In this document: piece by piece, positions 10,215 to 21,131 of the stretch | Layout: the number at the start of each line of letters is the position of its first letter | Numbering within the stretch: position 1 is the first letter of the stretch | Origin: a virus | Taxonomy: Duplodnaviria > Caudoviricetes | Direction: 5' to 3' (one strand) | IMG/VR virus record: IMGVR_UViG_3300010352_001405 | Span: 32,001 to 96,000 of that record | Length of the DNA: 64,000 bases | The notes under the pieces: model-generated | Databases searched by the model: none | What the model saw: the letters and a program-made list of their open reading frames with translations, nothing else | What the model was told of the DNA's origin: nothing | Made by a program: the position numbers and the translations under genes

Positions 10215-10703
10215 ATGAAAGATTTCAAACTATTCGGTGGGGAAGGAATAGATGATCTTGGAGAATATATAAAAGAATATTACGCTCAGTATCAAGATAT
10301 TGAAATATATGTTGGTACTGACTCGGCTCAGCATGGGAAAGTAACTAAGTATGCTACTGCTGTTTCATTATTGCGCCCAGGAAAAGGTGTACATGTTGTT
10401 TATCGTAGAATTACAATTAAACGAGAAAGAGATATGTTTACGCGTTTATGGAATGAAGTTGAAATGACAAGAGAAATTGGTGAATATGTACATGATGTAA
10501 TGAAAGATGTTTATGAAGTCAAAAATAAAAAAAATATAAAAATCCCTATTTTGCATCTAGATTTTAATAAACAACCGAAATATAAATCAAATGTTGTACA
10601 TGACTTATCAATTGGATATCTCAGAGGTTTCGGTTTTGATGTCAGCAGCAAAAACACGAGTTGGTGTGCTACTGTGGCAGCAGATCTTTTAGTTAAAAAT
10701 TGA
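10215..10703 (+). CDS. RNase H-like YkuK/DUF458 family protein
   Basis: YVGTDS, RLWNEV, HLDFN and C-terminal AADLL motifs. Confidence 0.75.
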   Translation: MKDFKLFGGEGIDDLGEYIKEYYAQYQDIEIYVGTDSAQHGKVTKYATAVSLLRPGKGVHVVYRRITIKRERDMFTRLWNEVEMTREIGEYVHDVMKDVYEVKNKKNIKIPILHLDFNKQPKYKSNVVHDLSIGYLRGFGFDVSSKNTSWCATVAADLLVKN

Positions 10704-10742
10704 TAATAAATATAAATTAATTAAACTTAAAAATATTAAAAA

Positions 10743-11058
10743 ATGAAGAAAATAATCTTATTAATGTTATTCACTATTGGTTTTTCAAGCTGTGATCAAT
10801 GGATAGGCGATGCAAAAATTAATAAAAAAATAGAAGATGTTACTGTCTATGAACTTGACGGGTGTGAGTGGCCAGAATGCGTGGGGTGGTCATAAAGGGA
10901 ATTGTAAAAATCCTATTCATAAACAGAAATCTGTAATGAAATTTTATAATTTGGATAGTAAATGTGATAGTGTAATATTTATTGATTCAATTATAAATGA
11001 TAGAAAAACAAAAAGAAATATTGTATATTATAATAATAACAAATTTATAATGCAGTGA
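10743..11058 (+). pseudogene. Frameshifted lipoprotein gene
   Basis: MKKIILLMLFTIGFSSC (lipobox)...ELDGCE stops at 10895; another frame continues GGHKGNCKNPIH to 11058. Confidence 0.5.
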
Positions 11059-11108
11059 AAAGAAGTATATATCAAAAATATTGAAATATTAAAAAAAAAT
11101 TATTAAAC

Positions 11109-11704
11109 ATGACAGATAACATTTTATCAAATGCTCTTAATTATATTAAAAATAATAATAAAGGAGATTCAAATAAATATCATAACAATAAACATATCTT
11201 ATTTGTATTCGAAAATAGCATGATGATTTTCGGTAAATATAGAAAAGAATATGATTTGAAAAAAAGGATGAAATAGAATTAGGACTGGCAGCCATTTTTC
11301 ATGATTTTAATCATTCTGGTGGAAAATTAAAAGATAATGAAAATATAAAAATATCTGTAAACGGTCTTAAAGATTTTTTAAATGAATACAATATAGATAA
11401 AGAAATAGACGAAGAAAAAGTTATCTCCATTCTTGAATCAACTGAGTTTCCTCATAAACAAATGGAACTTAGTATATTACAAAAAATAATCAAAGATGCT
11501 GATACTATGGGGGGAATATCCGATAATTGGTTTGAAATCGTTGTTTCTTTAGCTGCCGAGTTAAATATAAAATTAGCTGAATTCATTCCTATGCAAATTA
11601 AATTTTTGGATAATATTAAATTTAACACTCCTTATTGTAACGAATTATTGAATAAAAGAAGAGATACAATAAAGAAAAAACTTTTAGAAATATTATCTTT
11701 ATAG
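11109..11704 (+). pseudogene. HD-domain phosphohydrolase, frameshifted at an A7 tract near 11259-11265
   Basis: First frame has YHNNKH; one added A gives LAAIFHDFNH...TEFPH...IIKDAD, joining the 11462 ORF. Confidence 0.75.
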
Positions 11705-11707
11705 TAG

Positions 11708-12037
11708 TTATATATCATAATATCTTTGATTATAATGAACAGGAACAATGTTCCTTAGATTGGGAGGTGGTGTTTTTTTAAATTCACTACAATCTTTTTT
11801 CTCCCATTTACCTCTACCAGTTTCAGACATTATATACATTTTATCATCGCCCACATCTACAATTTCATATGATTTTCCTTTTTTAAAAACATGAGTTGGT
11901 GGGTAATATCCAACAGTATAATCAACTTGACAGATTAAATAATCACCAATTTTATAATCTTCATCCCATTCTTCTTCGTCATATGGATCTATATTTTTGT
12001 GTTTATTTTCAAATACTTTATATTCTCATATTTTCAT
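11708..12037 (-). pseudogene. Tagged small protein gene with in-frame TGA at codon 4 (not in the ORF track)
   Basis: MKI*EYKVFENKHKNIDPYDEEEWDEDYKIGDYLIC...; otherwise open over 110 codons. Confidence 0.65.
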
Positions 12038-12294
12038 TTTCCCAATTTTCTTCACCATATGGATCATCGGGTGTAAAAATTCTAATTGGATCTTTTTTTA
12101 TTTTTTGTAACCACATTCTATCATATATCATTTTAAAACCATTATCAAATTCAACTTCTACTGTATACCCCAAATGATACTTTTGAATATTTAAAATATA
12201 ATTCAGAATCAAAATAGCATAAATTAGTAACATCGTCTCCAACTTTAATTTTATTTCCGTTCATATCTAAACAAGAATCTACATTTTTTATCAT
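12018..12294 (-). pseudogene. DPYGEENW-tagged small protein, apparently frameshifted
   Basis: ATG at 12294 after a late-type motif gives MIKNVDSCLDMNGNKIKVGDDV...; a different frame gives LGYTVEVEFDNG...DPYGEENW; span is 3n+1. Confidence 0.55.
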
Positions 12295-12454
12295 ATTTTT
12301 ATATATTAAAAATTGAAAATCATTTTAAAGATATAATGGATTTAAAAACATCTTCATTTTTAGAAGATTAAAATTTAAAAACAACTTTTTTCTACTTTTT
12401 TATTAAATATAAACAAAATACTACGTTTATTATATATACAACAAAATTATATTA

Positions 12455-15400
12455 ATGGTTAAAAATAATTCAGATAAATATCAAAAACTTACACATAAAG
12501 AACATGTCTTATTAAGACCCAATATGTATGTTGGGTCAGTTGTGAATGAAACAAAATCACTTTTTGTCGTAGATGATCCAAAATATTTAAATTCTTTTAA
12601 AATTACTAATAAAACAGTTAGTTATAATGGTGGATTTTTAAAAATATTCGACGAAATACTTGTTAACGCATCAGATCATTCGATAAGAACTGATAAAGTA
12701 AAATATATCAAGGTCGATGTTACAAAAGATTCAATTTCTGTAGAAAATGATGGACCTGGAATACCCATAGAAATGCATAATAAAGAAAAATGTTATATTC
12801 CAGAATTAATTTTTGGGCATCTTTTAACAGGATCCAATTTTGATAAAAATGAAGATAAATATTGGGGTGGGTTGCATGGGTTAGGCGCCAAGTTAACTAA
12901 TATCTTTTCTAAAAAATTCATCATAGAAACGTGCGATGGAAAAAAACATTATACTCAAATTTTTGAGAACAATTTAAATAAGATAAATAAACCAAAAATA
13001 AAATCATCGAAGAAACAATATACAAAAATAACTTATTATCCCGATTTTACACGTTTTGATTTAGTTGGTATAGATGAAGATATTGAATCAATTTTCATAA
13101 AAAGATGTATTGATGTTTCTGTATATTGTAGCAAAGTTAAAGTATATTACAACGGAAACCTTATACCAACAAAAAGCTTCAAATCATATATGGAAATGTT
13201 CGTTAGTGACCAAGAGACATTTTACGAAAAAATAAATGATTTTTGGGAAATTGGTGTTAGTAAATCATTAGACAATTCGTTTGATCAAATATCTATGGTA
13301 AATGCTATTTCTACTTATAATGGCGGAACTCACGTTAATGCCATAACTAATCAGATAACAAAAAGGATACAAGAATCATTATTAAAAAAGAACAAAAAAT
13401 TAAACATTAAACAAAACGATATAAAAAATCGATTATTTGTTTTCGTTAATCTTAAAGTGGCTAATCCAGTATTTGATACGCAATCAAAAGAAAATCTTAT
13501 AAGTAAAATAAATGCTCCTGATGTATCAGATATTTTAATAAAAAAAATAACATCATCATCGATGATAGATGAACTTCTTAAATTTTTAATGATTAAAGAA
13601 GAACATGATACCAAAAAAGAAATAGGTAAACATAAAATAAAAATTAGTAAACTAGAGGACGCACGAAAGGCTGGTACATCTGAAAGCAAATCTTGTTTAA
13701 TTTTTATTTCAGAGGGGGACTCAGCTTCAAGTTCAGTTATGGCTGGTATTTCAGGATCAGACAATCCTGAATATTATGGAGTTTTTCCAATCCGTGGAAA
13801 AATTTTAAACGTAAGAGATGAAGATCTATCAAAAATAAGAAATAATGAAGAAGTAAAAAATATTATAAATATATTAGGATTAGAATATGGAAAACAATAT
13901 ACAGATACATCTAAATTAAGATACGGGAAAATTGTTTTAACTGCCGACGCCGATTGTGATGGGAACCATATCAGAGGACTTATAATAAATCTCTTTGACA
14001 CATATTGGCCCGAATTACTTAGAATGGACTTTATATATGATTTTATAACGCCGATAGTCAAAGCTACGAAAGGAAATAATATCAAATATTATTATAGTTT
14101 GAAAGATTATCAAAAAAATAAAGAAAATCTTTCAGGATATGAAATTAAATGGATAAAAGGTCTTGGGACAATAGAACCGCACGAAATGAAAAATTTTTTC
14201 AAAAACATAAATAAACATCTCATAAGATTTCATGATACACCAAAATCAGATACTAAAAACATGATAGATCTTGTTTTTAATAAAAAAAGATCAGATGATA
14301 GAAAAGAATGGTTAAAGAATTATAAACCAATAGAATACATCGATAAATTTACAACCAATCAAACATACGATAAATTCATTAATAACGAATTAATGGAATG
14401 GAGTATGGAAACATCTAATAGAATGATACCCAATATCATGGATGGCTTAAAACCAGGTCAAAGAAAAGTTATTTATACTATGTATAAAAAGAATATGAAA
14501 ACTGATATTAAGGTTAGTTCTTTATCTGGAGCCGTAATTCAAGAATCAGCTTACCACCATGGTAATGTATCAATCGAGGGGACTATAATTGGAATGGCAC
14601 AAGATTTTGTTGGTTCAAATAATTTGAACTTAATTCTTCCAAAAGGACAATTTGGTTCAAGATTAAAGGGGGGTAAAGATTCTGCTAGTGCCAGATATAT
14701 ATTTACTAAGCTTAATGATATAACTTCAAATATTTTGAAAAAAGAAGATAATGATATTTTAGAATATCAGAATGATGATGGATTTCCAATTGAACCAACT
14801 TACTATGTCCCTGTTATACCTATGATTCTTGTGAACGGAGGGTCTGGTATAGGTTCGGCTTATTCAACTGATATACCAAGTTTTAGTCCACTTGAAATAA
14901 TAACATATTTGCAGAATAAAATTAAAGGAAAAAAGAACATTGAATTAATACCATACTATAAAGAATTTAAGGGGACCATAGAATTAGATATTGAAAATAA
15001 AAGATATATAACAAGAGGTATTCTTAATAGGGTAAATGATATAACTTATGAGATAAAAGAATTACCACTTTGGATGTGGAATGATTCATACTATGAATTT
15101 TTAGATGATTTATCAGAAGATAAAAAAGAACCTAAGACTCAAAAGTTAATAAGAAAAGCTTACATAAGAGATTGGGTAAAGAGTGGTAATGATAAAGACA
15201 TCCATATTAAAATCTATTTCTATAAAGATGTACCTAAAGAGTTCTTTCATAATATTTGGAAGAATTTAAAAATGGAAAGTTATATATCTTTTAATAATAT
15301 GTATTTATGGGACGAGAATAAAAAAATTAAAAAGTATTCAAACCAATACGAAATAATAGATGATTTCTATAAAATAAGATTAGAATATTATACAAAAAGA

Positions 15401-15736
15401 AAAAATCATCAAATAGAAGAACTGAAAAAAGATATAAAAATTGTTCAAAATAGAATGAAATTTTTGAAAAACGTTATCGATGGCAATCTCATCATTTACA
15501 AAAAAACCAGAGATATAGTAGAGAAGGATTTAGATAAATTAGCTTTTGATAAAGTAGATAATTCATATGGATATTTGTTGAATATGTCTATTATGTCTTT
15601 CACTAAAGATAGATTACAAGAATTAAAAGAAGAACTTGATAATACTAAATTGAAATTAAAAGAATTGGTAGAAACGAGCGAAGAAACTATTTGGTTAAAA
15701 GAACTATCAGAGTTAAAATCTAAATTAAAATTTTAA
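12455..15736 (+). CDS. Type IIA DNA topoisomerase, single polypeptide (GHKL ATPase, TOPRIM and breakage-reunion domains)
   Basis: HVLLRPNMYVGS, EILVNASD, GGLHGLGAK, EGDSA, PIRGKILN, DADCDG, KGLG, DGLKPGQRK, YHHG, SARY catalytic Tyr. Confidence 0.95.
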   Translation: MVKNNSDKYQKLTHKEHVLLRPNMYVGSVVNETKSLFVVDDPKYLNSFKITNKTVSYNGGFLKIFDEILVNASDHSIRTDKVKYIKVDVTKDSISVENDGPGIPIEMHNKEKCYIPELIFGHLLTGSNFDKNEDKYWGGLHGLGAKLTNIFSKKFIIETCDGKKHYTQIFENNLNKINKPKIKSSKKQYTKITYYPDFTRFDLVGIDEDIESIFIKRCIDVSVYCSKVKVYYNGNLIPTKSFKSYMEMFVSDQETFYEKINDFWEIGVSKSLDNSFDQISMVNAISTYNGGTHVNAITNQITKRIQESLLKKNKKLNIKQNDIKNRLFVFVNLKVANPVFDTQSKENLISKINAPDVSDILIKKITSSSMIDELLKFLMIKEEHDTKKEIGKHKIKISKLEDARKAGTSESKSCLIFISEGDSASSSVMAGISGSDNPEYYGVFPIRGKILNVRDEDLSKIRNNEEVKNIINILGLEYGKQYTDTSKLRYGKIVLTADADCDGNHIRGLIINLFDTYWPELLRMDFIYDFITPIVKATKGNNIKYYYSLKDYQKNKENLSGYEIKWIKGLGTIEPHEMKNFFKNINKHLIRFHDTPKSDTKNMIDLVFNKKRSDDRKEWLKNYKPIEYIDKFTTNQTYDKFINNELMEWSMETSNRMIPNIMDGLKPGQRKVIYTMYKKNMKTDIKVSSLSGAVIQESAYHHGNVSIEGTIIGMAQDFVGSNNLNLILPKGQFGSRLKGGKDSASARYIFTKLNDITSNILKKEDNDILEYQNDDGFPIEPTYYVPVIPMILVNGGSGIGSAYSTDIPSFSPLEIITYLQNKIKGKKNIELIPYYKEFKGTIELDIENKRYITRGILNRVNDITYEIKELPLWMWNDSYYEFLDDLSEDKKEPKTQKLIRKAYIRDWVKSGNDKDIHIKIYFYKDVPKEFFHNIWKNLKMESYISFNNMYLWDENKKIKKYSNQYEIIDDFYKIRLEYYTKRKNHQIEELKKDIKIVQNRMKFLKNVIDGNLIIYKKTRDIVEKDLDKLAFDKVDNSYGYLLNMSIMSFTKDRLQELKEELDNTKLKLKELVETSEETIWLKELSELKSKLKF

Positions 15737-15853
15737 TATAATATTAAAATTTATTTTTTACCCATTCCCAAGCTTTTAGTAAATAAGGTTGAGCCATAAC
15801 TCCGCCAACCAATCCGATTAATAAACCTATTAAAAACCACATAATTTTAGTTA

Positions 15854-16543
15854 TTATTTTTTATCTTGTTTTTTTAATGGTAATGGAGGAAAAAACTTAA
15901 ATCTTCTATTTAGAAATCTTCTAAATTCATTTTCGACATAATAAGGTGGAACAATTGACAAATCATCTTGATATTGAATTTTTTTAACTATATAAAAACT
16001 AAAATCTATAATATGTTCTTTTCGAACCATATTAATGAGTCCTCTTTCTATTGCGAAAGAATTATAAAACCAATCATCTACTGTCAATCTTTCTATTTCT
16101 CCCTCTGTTAAATCCATTGTTTTATTTATTATATTCAATAAAAAACCATCATATTTTCCATTGTCCATTTTTAAAACTTGAATCATAATTTTATTTAATG
16201 CTCTAGTTGCTCCAAGAATTTGTGAAATTAACCAAATTGGAAAAAAAATCGGAGCAAAAGCAATTGGAACAATTCTCCATAGAAATTTTTGAATACCTTG
16301 TTTTAATTCTCTGGATTTTTTAAATTTCAATGCGTCTTGATGAAGAGATTTTAACATCCCGAATGTGAGTTTTCTTTGACCACTTGTTAAATATTTATAA
16401 AGATTTCCATTCATGGCTATCTCTTTTATTTTAAGATAATCTGGATCTTGTGGATCATCAGGTATATTTGAAAAAATATTAGTAAGATTAACACCAGCGT
16501 CTATATCTTGAAATTCTTCATATATATGTTTTAAATGTTCCAT
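15854..16543 (-). CDS. Hypothetical membrane-associated protein with leader motif
   Basis: 229 aa; MEHLKHIYEEF; one hydrophobic segment. Confidence 0.7.
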   Translation of the reverse strand: MEHLKHIYEEFQDIDAGVNLTNIFSNIPDDPQDPDYLKIKEIAMNGNLYKYLTSGQRKLTFGMLKSLHQDALKFKKSRELKQGIQKFLWRIVPIAFAPIFFPIWLISQILGATRALNKIMIQVLKMDNGKYDGFLLNIINKTMDLTEGEIERLTVDDWFYNSFAIERGLINMVRKEHIIDFSFYIVKKIQYQDDLSIVPPYYVENEFRRFLNRRFKFFPPLPLKKQDKK

Positions 16544-16595
16544 TCAAAAACTTTTATTGATTTGTTTTATATATTAAAATAAATTAATTAATTAT

Positions 16596-16964
16596 TTGAA
16601 ACAGATAAATTATTTCAAATTTCTTGAACAATATCCAGAATTTATTGGTTTTGATGAATCTATTCCAATTAAATTAGCTTTACTTTCCGAAGTAAAGAAA
16701 CAATATTGGTTTAAAAAAGAAGGAGAAATAGCTAGATTATTGCCTTTGAATTTTCACAATAAACAAACTACATTTTTTTGTAATCACTTACGTATAAAAT
16801 ATAGAAAAGCTGATGTTGCAATCATATGGACAGACGATGAAAATCACATAAAATATTTTTCTTATAACATTAAACCCAATATTTATATAATGATGGAAAA
16901 AGAAGAAATGATTAATTTAAAAAGAGAAATATTAATAAAGGAAATGTTATTGAATAAATCATGA
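16596..16964 (+). CDS. Hypothetical protein
   Basis: 122-aa ORF with ATGA overlap into the gp46-like gene. Confidence 0.6.
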   Translation: MKQINYFKFLEQYPEFIGFDESIPIKLALLSEVKKQYWFKKEGEIARLLPLNFHNKQTTFFCNHLRIKYRKADVAIIWTDDENHIKYFSYNIKPNIYIMMEKEEMINLKREILIKEMLLNKS

Positions 16965-18658
16965 TAATTAACTCTATAAGCATAAGGAACTTTAAAAGCT
17001 ACGGAAATAACTTACAAAAGTTGTCTTTCGGCAAAGATGCTGAACTCATACTAATTGTGGGGGAAAACGGGGGTGGAAAAAGTAGTCTTTTAGAATCCAT
17101 AGACTTTACATTATATAGTATAGTCAGAGGTAAAAATTCTAAAAGAGTTCCTAATTATATACTTCCTAATAGAACAAATAAAAATTTAGAAACAGAAATT
17201 GATTTTATTAATTGGAATAATGATAAAGTAGTTATAAATAGAAAATTAAATCCAAAGGGATTTGATTTATTCATTAATGATATAAATAGAACAGATGAAT
17301 ATAATTTGATGTCTCAAGATGATAAAGATGAAATAATTGGAATTGAGTATAATACATATAAATCTTTAGTTTCATTAAATCTTGCAGATTTCGCTAATTT
17401 CATCAATTTAGACACTGATACTAAGAAAAAATTATTGAACAAAATATTTAACATTGAAGAAATTGATGATTATTTTTCTATAACAAAAGAATTATTGAAA
17501 AATACATATAGAAAAAAAGAAAAAATTGAAACTCATATATCATTAAATAATAATACGATAAATACTTATAAGAATAATATACAAAATATTTTACAATTGA
17601 GTGGTAATATCAATAAAGATGATATTAAAGATAAAATGTTATCTTATAAAGATAAATACAAAGAATTAGAAGATGATATAAAAGAATTAAGTGTTTTACA
17701 ACACAACATTAAAAAAGAAATAGATTCAAAAAAAGAGGTTTATGTTGCCAAAAAAAATAAAATATATCAAGATGAAATAGAATTGAATGAATTGGGTAAA
17801 AAAATAGATATATTCAAACAAGGTAATTGTCCTTTTTGTGGTTCTATATTAACAGATGATATTCATAAAGTGGAATTAGAACAATTGAATATTAATTATG
17901 AAGATTTTTCAAAAAGAGTATTGGAACTTAAAAAAAGTTTTAATATCTTAAAAAACGATTTAAACGATAAATTAAATGATAGAAAGAATGTATCAAATGA
18001 AAGGGAATCTAAAAAATTAGAGTTTGAATTAATTAAAAATGAACTTATTAATCTCAAGAAAACGTATTATCAAAATATAGAATCATTGTCTATTGATGAA
18101 ATAAATAAAAACATATTAAATACACAAAATGATAATTTAAAGTATGAAAAGGTGCTTGATAAAATAAATATTAAAATCGAAAAATATCAAAAATTAGTAG
18201 ATATATTATCAGAAAAAGGAATAAGAAAGGGGATAATAAATAACGTAGTGGATCCAATTAATGAACATCTTAATAAATATTTAATCGAATTAGAATCAAA
18301 ATATAATGTAAAATTAAATGATGAATTTGATGCTATTATTAAAGAAAGATTTACGGAGGATATTCATGTAGAATCATTATCGACAGGTGAATCTAGAAAA
18401 ATAAATATAGCTATTGCACTATCTTATATGGAAATGGTGCTGAATATGAACAGAAAAACAAATATATTATTTATGGACGAAGTATTTGCGTCAGTGGATC
18501 CAGATAATATAGATTTAATGTTAAAAGTTTTACGAACTTTTTCCAAGAAAAATAATATAAATGTTATTATAGTAAATCATTCAACTTTTGATACCGCCAA
18601 ATTTGATAGGGTAATAGAAATTGAAAAAATATTAGGATATTCGCAAATAAAAGTATAA
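16961..18658 (+). CDS. Recombination endonuclease ATPase subunit (T4 gp46 / SbcC / Rad50)
   Basis: IRNFKSYGN, GENGGGKS, coiled coil with CPFCG Zn hook, LSTGE signature, FMDEVF, VNH. Confidence 0.93.
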   Translation: MIINSISIRNFKSYGNNLQKLSFGKDAELILIVGENGGGKSSLLESIDFTLYSIVRGKNSKRVPNYILPNRTNKNLETEIDFINWNNDKVVINRKLNPKGFDLFINDINRTDEYNLMSQDDKDEIIGIEYNTYKSLVSLNLADFANFINLDTDTKKKLLNKIFNIEEIDDYFSITKELLKNTYRKKEKIETHISLNNNTINTYKNNIQNILQLSGNINKDDIKDKMLSYKDKYKELEDDIKELSVLQHNIKKEIDSKKEVYVAKKNKIYQDEIELNELGKKIDIFKQGNCPFCGSILTDDIHKVELEQLNINYEDFSKRVLELKKSFNILKNDLNDKLNDRKNVSNERESKKLEFELIKNELINLKKTYYQNIESLSIDEINKNILNTQNDNLKYEKVLDKINIKIEKYQKLVDILSEKGIRKGIINNVVDPINEHLNKYLIELESKYNVKLNDEFDAIIKERFTEDIHVESLSTGESRKINIAIALSYMEMVLNMNRKTNILFMDEVFASVDPDNIDLMLKVLRTFSKKNNINVIIVNHSTFDTAKFDRVIEIEKILGYSQIKV

Positions 18659-18825
18659 AAAATAATGGAAGAAAAATCAAAAAAAAGAGGATCAATTATG
18701 ATTAACATTGATAATTTTAACGAACATCAATTGAATATATCTGATGTCAATGATAATAATGTTATTGATAAATGATTGTTTTGATTTTAATGAAGTTTGA
18801 ATAAATAAAAAATAAATAATAAGTT

Positions 18826-19278
18826 ATGAAAAAATCATTCTATATAATATTAATGATATTGATATTTTTTTTAATCACTGGATTTATAACGTATTTAATT
18901 ATAAATATTAATAGTACCAATAAGATAAATGATATCAAAAAAGAAAATGTATCTAAAATTTCTAATGATCCTAAATCAAAAATAATATTTGTAATAATAG
19001 GTAAAAACATTGATTTCAATAAAATGGAAATTGATGATATAGTAGATCAGATACAAAAGGATAGTATTTTAGAAATAAAAAAACTATCTCCTGAAATTTA
19101 CATTAAACCTCAAATAATTAAGGTATATCTAGTTGAAGATATAACATGTAATTATCTTAAAAAGAGATTTGATAAAAATATGGCAGGTGAAATTGTATAC
19201 GAATATAACGGTAAACTTTTAATAAAATTAAATGATGGTGTAATAAAAGTATATCACGGACACAATCATGGGAAGTAA
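18826..19278 (+). CDS. Hypothetical protein with N-terminal membrane anchor
   Basis: Hydrophobic first 25 or so residues. Confidence 0.6.
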   Translation: MKKSFYIILMILIFFLITGFITYLIININSTNKINDIKKENVSKISNDPKSKIIFVIIGKNIDFNKMEIDDIVDQIQKDSILEIKKLSPEIYIKPQIIKVYLVEDITCNYLKKRFDKNMAGEIVYEYNGKLLIKLNDGVIKVYHGHNHGK

Positions 19279-19531
19279 TTATAAAAAAATAGAATTTGAA
19301 TCCGAGGGTTCCTATGGTTTAATAGAAAAACACTGGTTATATGTTGAATCATCTCGTTCGTGTGATTATGTAAATGTGTACGATGAGAATGGAAAAAAAT
19401 TATTCGGATTTGGTGAATGGGGAGATTTCGACATGGGAGATGCACTGGTTGTTGCATTCACAAACTGGAATGATGAAAGAATGAAAAGTGTTTCTATTGA
19501 AGAAATGAAAAAATTAAAATTAAAAAAATAA
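19268..19531 (+). CDS. Hypothetical protein
   Basis: 87-aa ORF overlapping the upstream stop. Confidence 0.6.
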   Translation: MGSNYKKIEFESEGSYGLIEKHWLYVESSRSCDYVNVYDENGKKLFGFGEWGDFDMGDALVVAFTNWNDERMKSVSIEEMKKLKLKK

Positions 19532-19598
19532 AACATTTTTTTTATTCTAAATATAATTTGTACTTTTGCATAAAATTACATAAAATTTATAAATATAG

Positions 19599-20372
19599 AT
19601 GAACATAAAACAAACTTTTTTAAAATTAACAAGTTTCACTATTCCACATGGAATGGAATATACTTTAGAAAGATATTTTCCGAGAGGAATACAGGAAGAC
19701 GAATGCGGAAATTATTATATTAAAATTGGAGATAGTAGAACAATTTTTACTTGTCACATGGATACTGCTTGTGGTGGGTATGAAAGGGTTAAACACGTTA
19801 TAAACGGAGGAATTATTTCAACTGATGGTAGAACAGTTCTGAGTGGGGATGATAAAAATGGTATGACAATTCTATTTTATATGATTGAACAAAAAGTACC
19901 AGGTACATATTATTTTTTTCAAGGTGAGGAAAGTGGTATGGTTGGAGCACGGGCGATTTTAAGAACAAATAAAGATTTTTTTAATGATTTTGATAGGATG
20001 GTTTCTTTTGATCGAAGAGCATATACATCAATTATAACACATCAATTAGGAAAGAGAGGATGTAGTGAAGAATTTTCAATCGCATTGTCTGAACAATTTA
20101 GAAATCAAGGACTTCAATATAGATCAGATAAAACTGGAATATTTACAGATAGTGCTTCCTTTATAGGAATTATTCCAGAAGTAACAAATTTATCTTGTGG
20201 ATATTTTAATGAACATTCACATTCCGAAAGAACTGATATTATTTTCTTAGAAAAATTGGCTAAAGCTGCTTGTTTGGTTAAATGGGAAGAACTCCCAACA
20301 AGCAAAGAAAAACACGGTAATTATGATTATTATGGTTTTGGTTATGGTGATGATGAATATAATTGGTGGTAA
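19599..20372 (+). CDS. M28/M20-family Zn metallopeptidase-like protein
   Basis: CHMDT, GDDKNG, GEE, FDRR and EHSHSE metal-ligand motifs. Confidence 0.8.
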   Translation: MNIKQTFLKLTSFTIPHGMEYTLERYFPRGIQEDECGNYYIKIGDSRTIFTCHMDTACGGYERVKHVINGGIISTDGRTVLSGDDKNGMTILFYMIEQKVPGTYYFFQGEESGMVGARAILRTNKDFFNDFDRMVSFDRRAYTSIITHQLGKRGCSEEFSIALSEQFRNQGLQYRSDKTGIFTDSASFIGIIPEVTNLSCGYFNEHSHSERTDIIFLEKLAKAACLVKWEELPTSKEKHGNYDYYGFGYGDDEYNWW

Positions 20373-20417
20373 AAAATATTGATGGAATAAATATACATAA
20401 AAAAAAATATTACGAAA

Positions 20418-20543
20418 ATGGGACAAAGTGTTAAAAAGAGAATTTTTAAAATTTGGAGAAAAAATAGAGCTAATAAATCAAAATTTAGAAAAAGATTAGA
20501 AAAAAATATTGAGATTTTAGAAAAATTTAAAATAGATGAATAA
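20418..20543 (+). CDS. Small basic protein (41 aa, below the ORF-track cutoff)
   Basis: MGQSVKKRIFKIWRKNRANKSKFRKRLEKNIEILEKFKIDE, filling the gap before groES. Confidence 0.4.
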   Translation: MGQSVKKRIFKIWRKNRANKSKFRKRLEKNIEILEKFKIDE

Positions 20544-20615
20544 AAAATGTCAATTTGACAAAAATCCATTAATGGTACAAGAATTGAAATAATCAAAAAA
20601 AAATTAATTTAAAAT

Positions 20616-20903
20616 ATGGATATAAAAACTATGAAATTACTATCTGACAGAGTTTTAATTAAACCGTCAAAAGTTGATAATGTTACAAATGGAGGTATTA
20701 TTATACCGGATACTGCCAAAGAAAAACCACAAAGGGGTTTAGTTATCGCGGTTGGACCAGGAAAACAAGGTAAAGATGATGAAAAAATGACATTAAAAGT
20801 TGATGATTTTGTCATATATAATAAATATAGTGGTTCTGAGCTAACTATAGATGGACAAGAATATATAATTATGAAAGAAAACGATGTAATTGCGGTATTA
20901 TGA
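20616..20903 (+). CDS. groES: Co-chaperonin GroES
   Basis: LSDRVLIK...GGIIIPDTAKEKPQRG.VIAVGPG...KYSGSE. Confidence 0.95.
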   Translation: MDIKTMKLLSDRVLIKPSKVDNVTNGGIIIPDTAKEKPQRGLVIAVGPGKQGKDDEKMTLKVDDFVIYNKYSGSELTIDGQEYIIMKENDVIAVL

Positions 20904-21124
20904 AAGTAAAAGAATTGATTGATACTTTATTAAAATATCCTGATAACATGGTTGTGGTAGTCGATGGTTATGAAGTCGGGTTTGATAATATAGTTGATAT
21001 GGAAATTATTGATATTTATAAAAGAAAAAATAAATCTTGGTGGGAGGGTGAATATACTAAGGAGGATAATTTATCCGATAAGAGTATAAAATGTGTACAT
21101 TTACTTTCACGAGTTGTAAAATGA
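20900..21124 (+). CDS. Hypothetical phage protein
   Basis: MKVKELIDTLLKYPDNM.VVVDGYE, a common small-phage-ORF pattern. Confidence 0.65.
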   Translation: MKVKELIDTLLKYPDNMVVVVDGYEVGFDNIVDMEIIDIYKRKNKSWWEGEYTKEDNLSDKSIKCVHLLSRVVK

Positions 21125-21131
21125 ATAATAT

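Noticed and set aside
11256-11270. Programmed -1 frameshift at A_AAA_AAG
   Set aside because: The heptamer is not in the required zero-frame phase (TTG AAA AAA AGG); a homopolymer indel is simpler
12026-12028. Stop-codon reassignment (TGA read-through)
   Set aside because: TGA ends several well-defined genes (groES, the YkuK-like gene, the ABC C-half) and long genes are uninterrupted in the standard code
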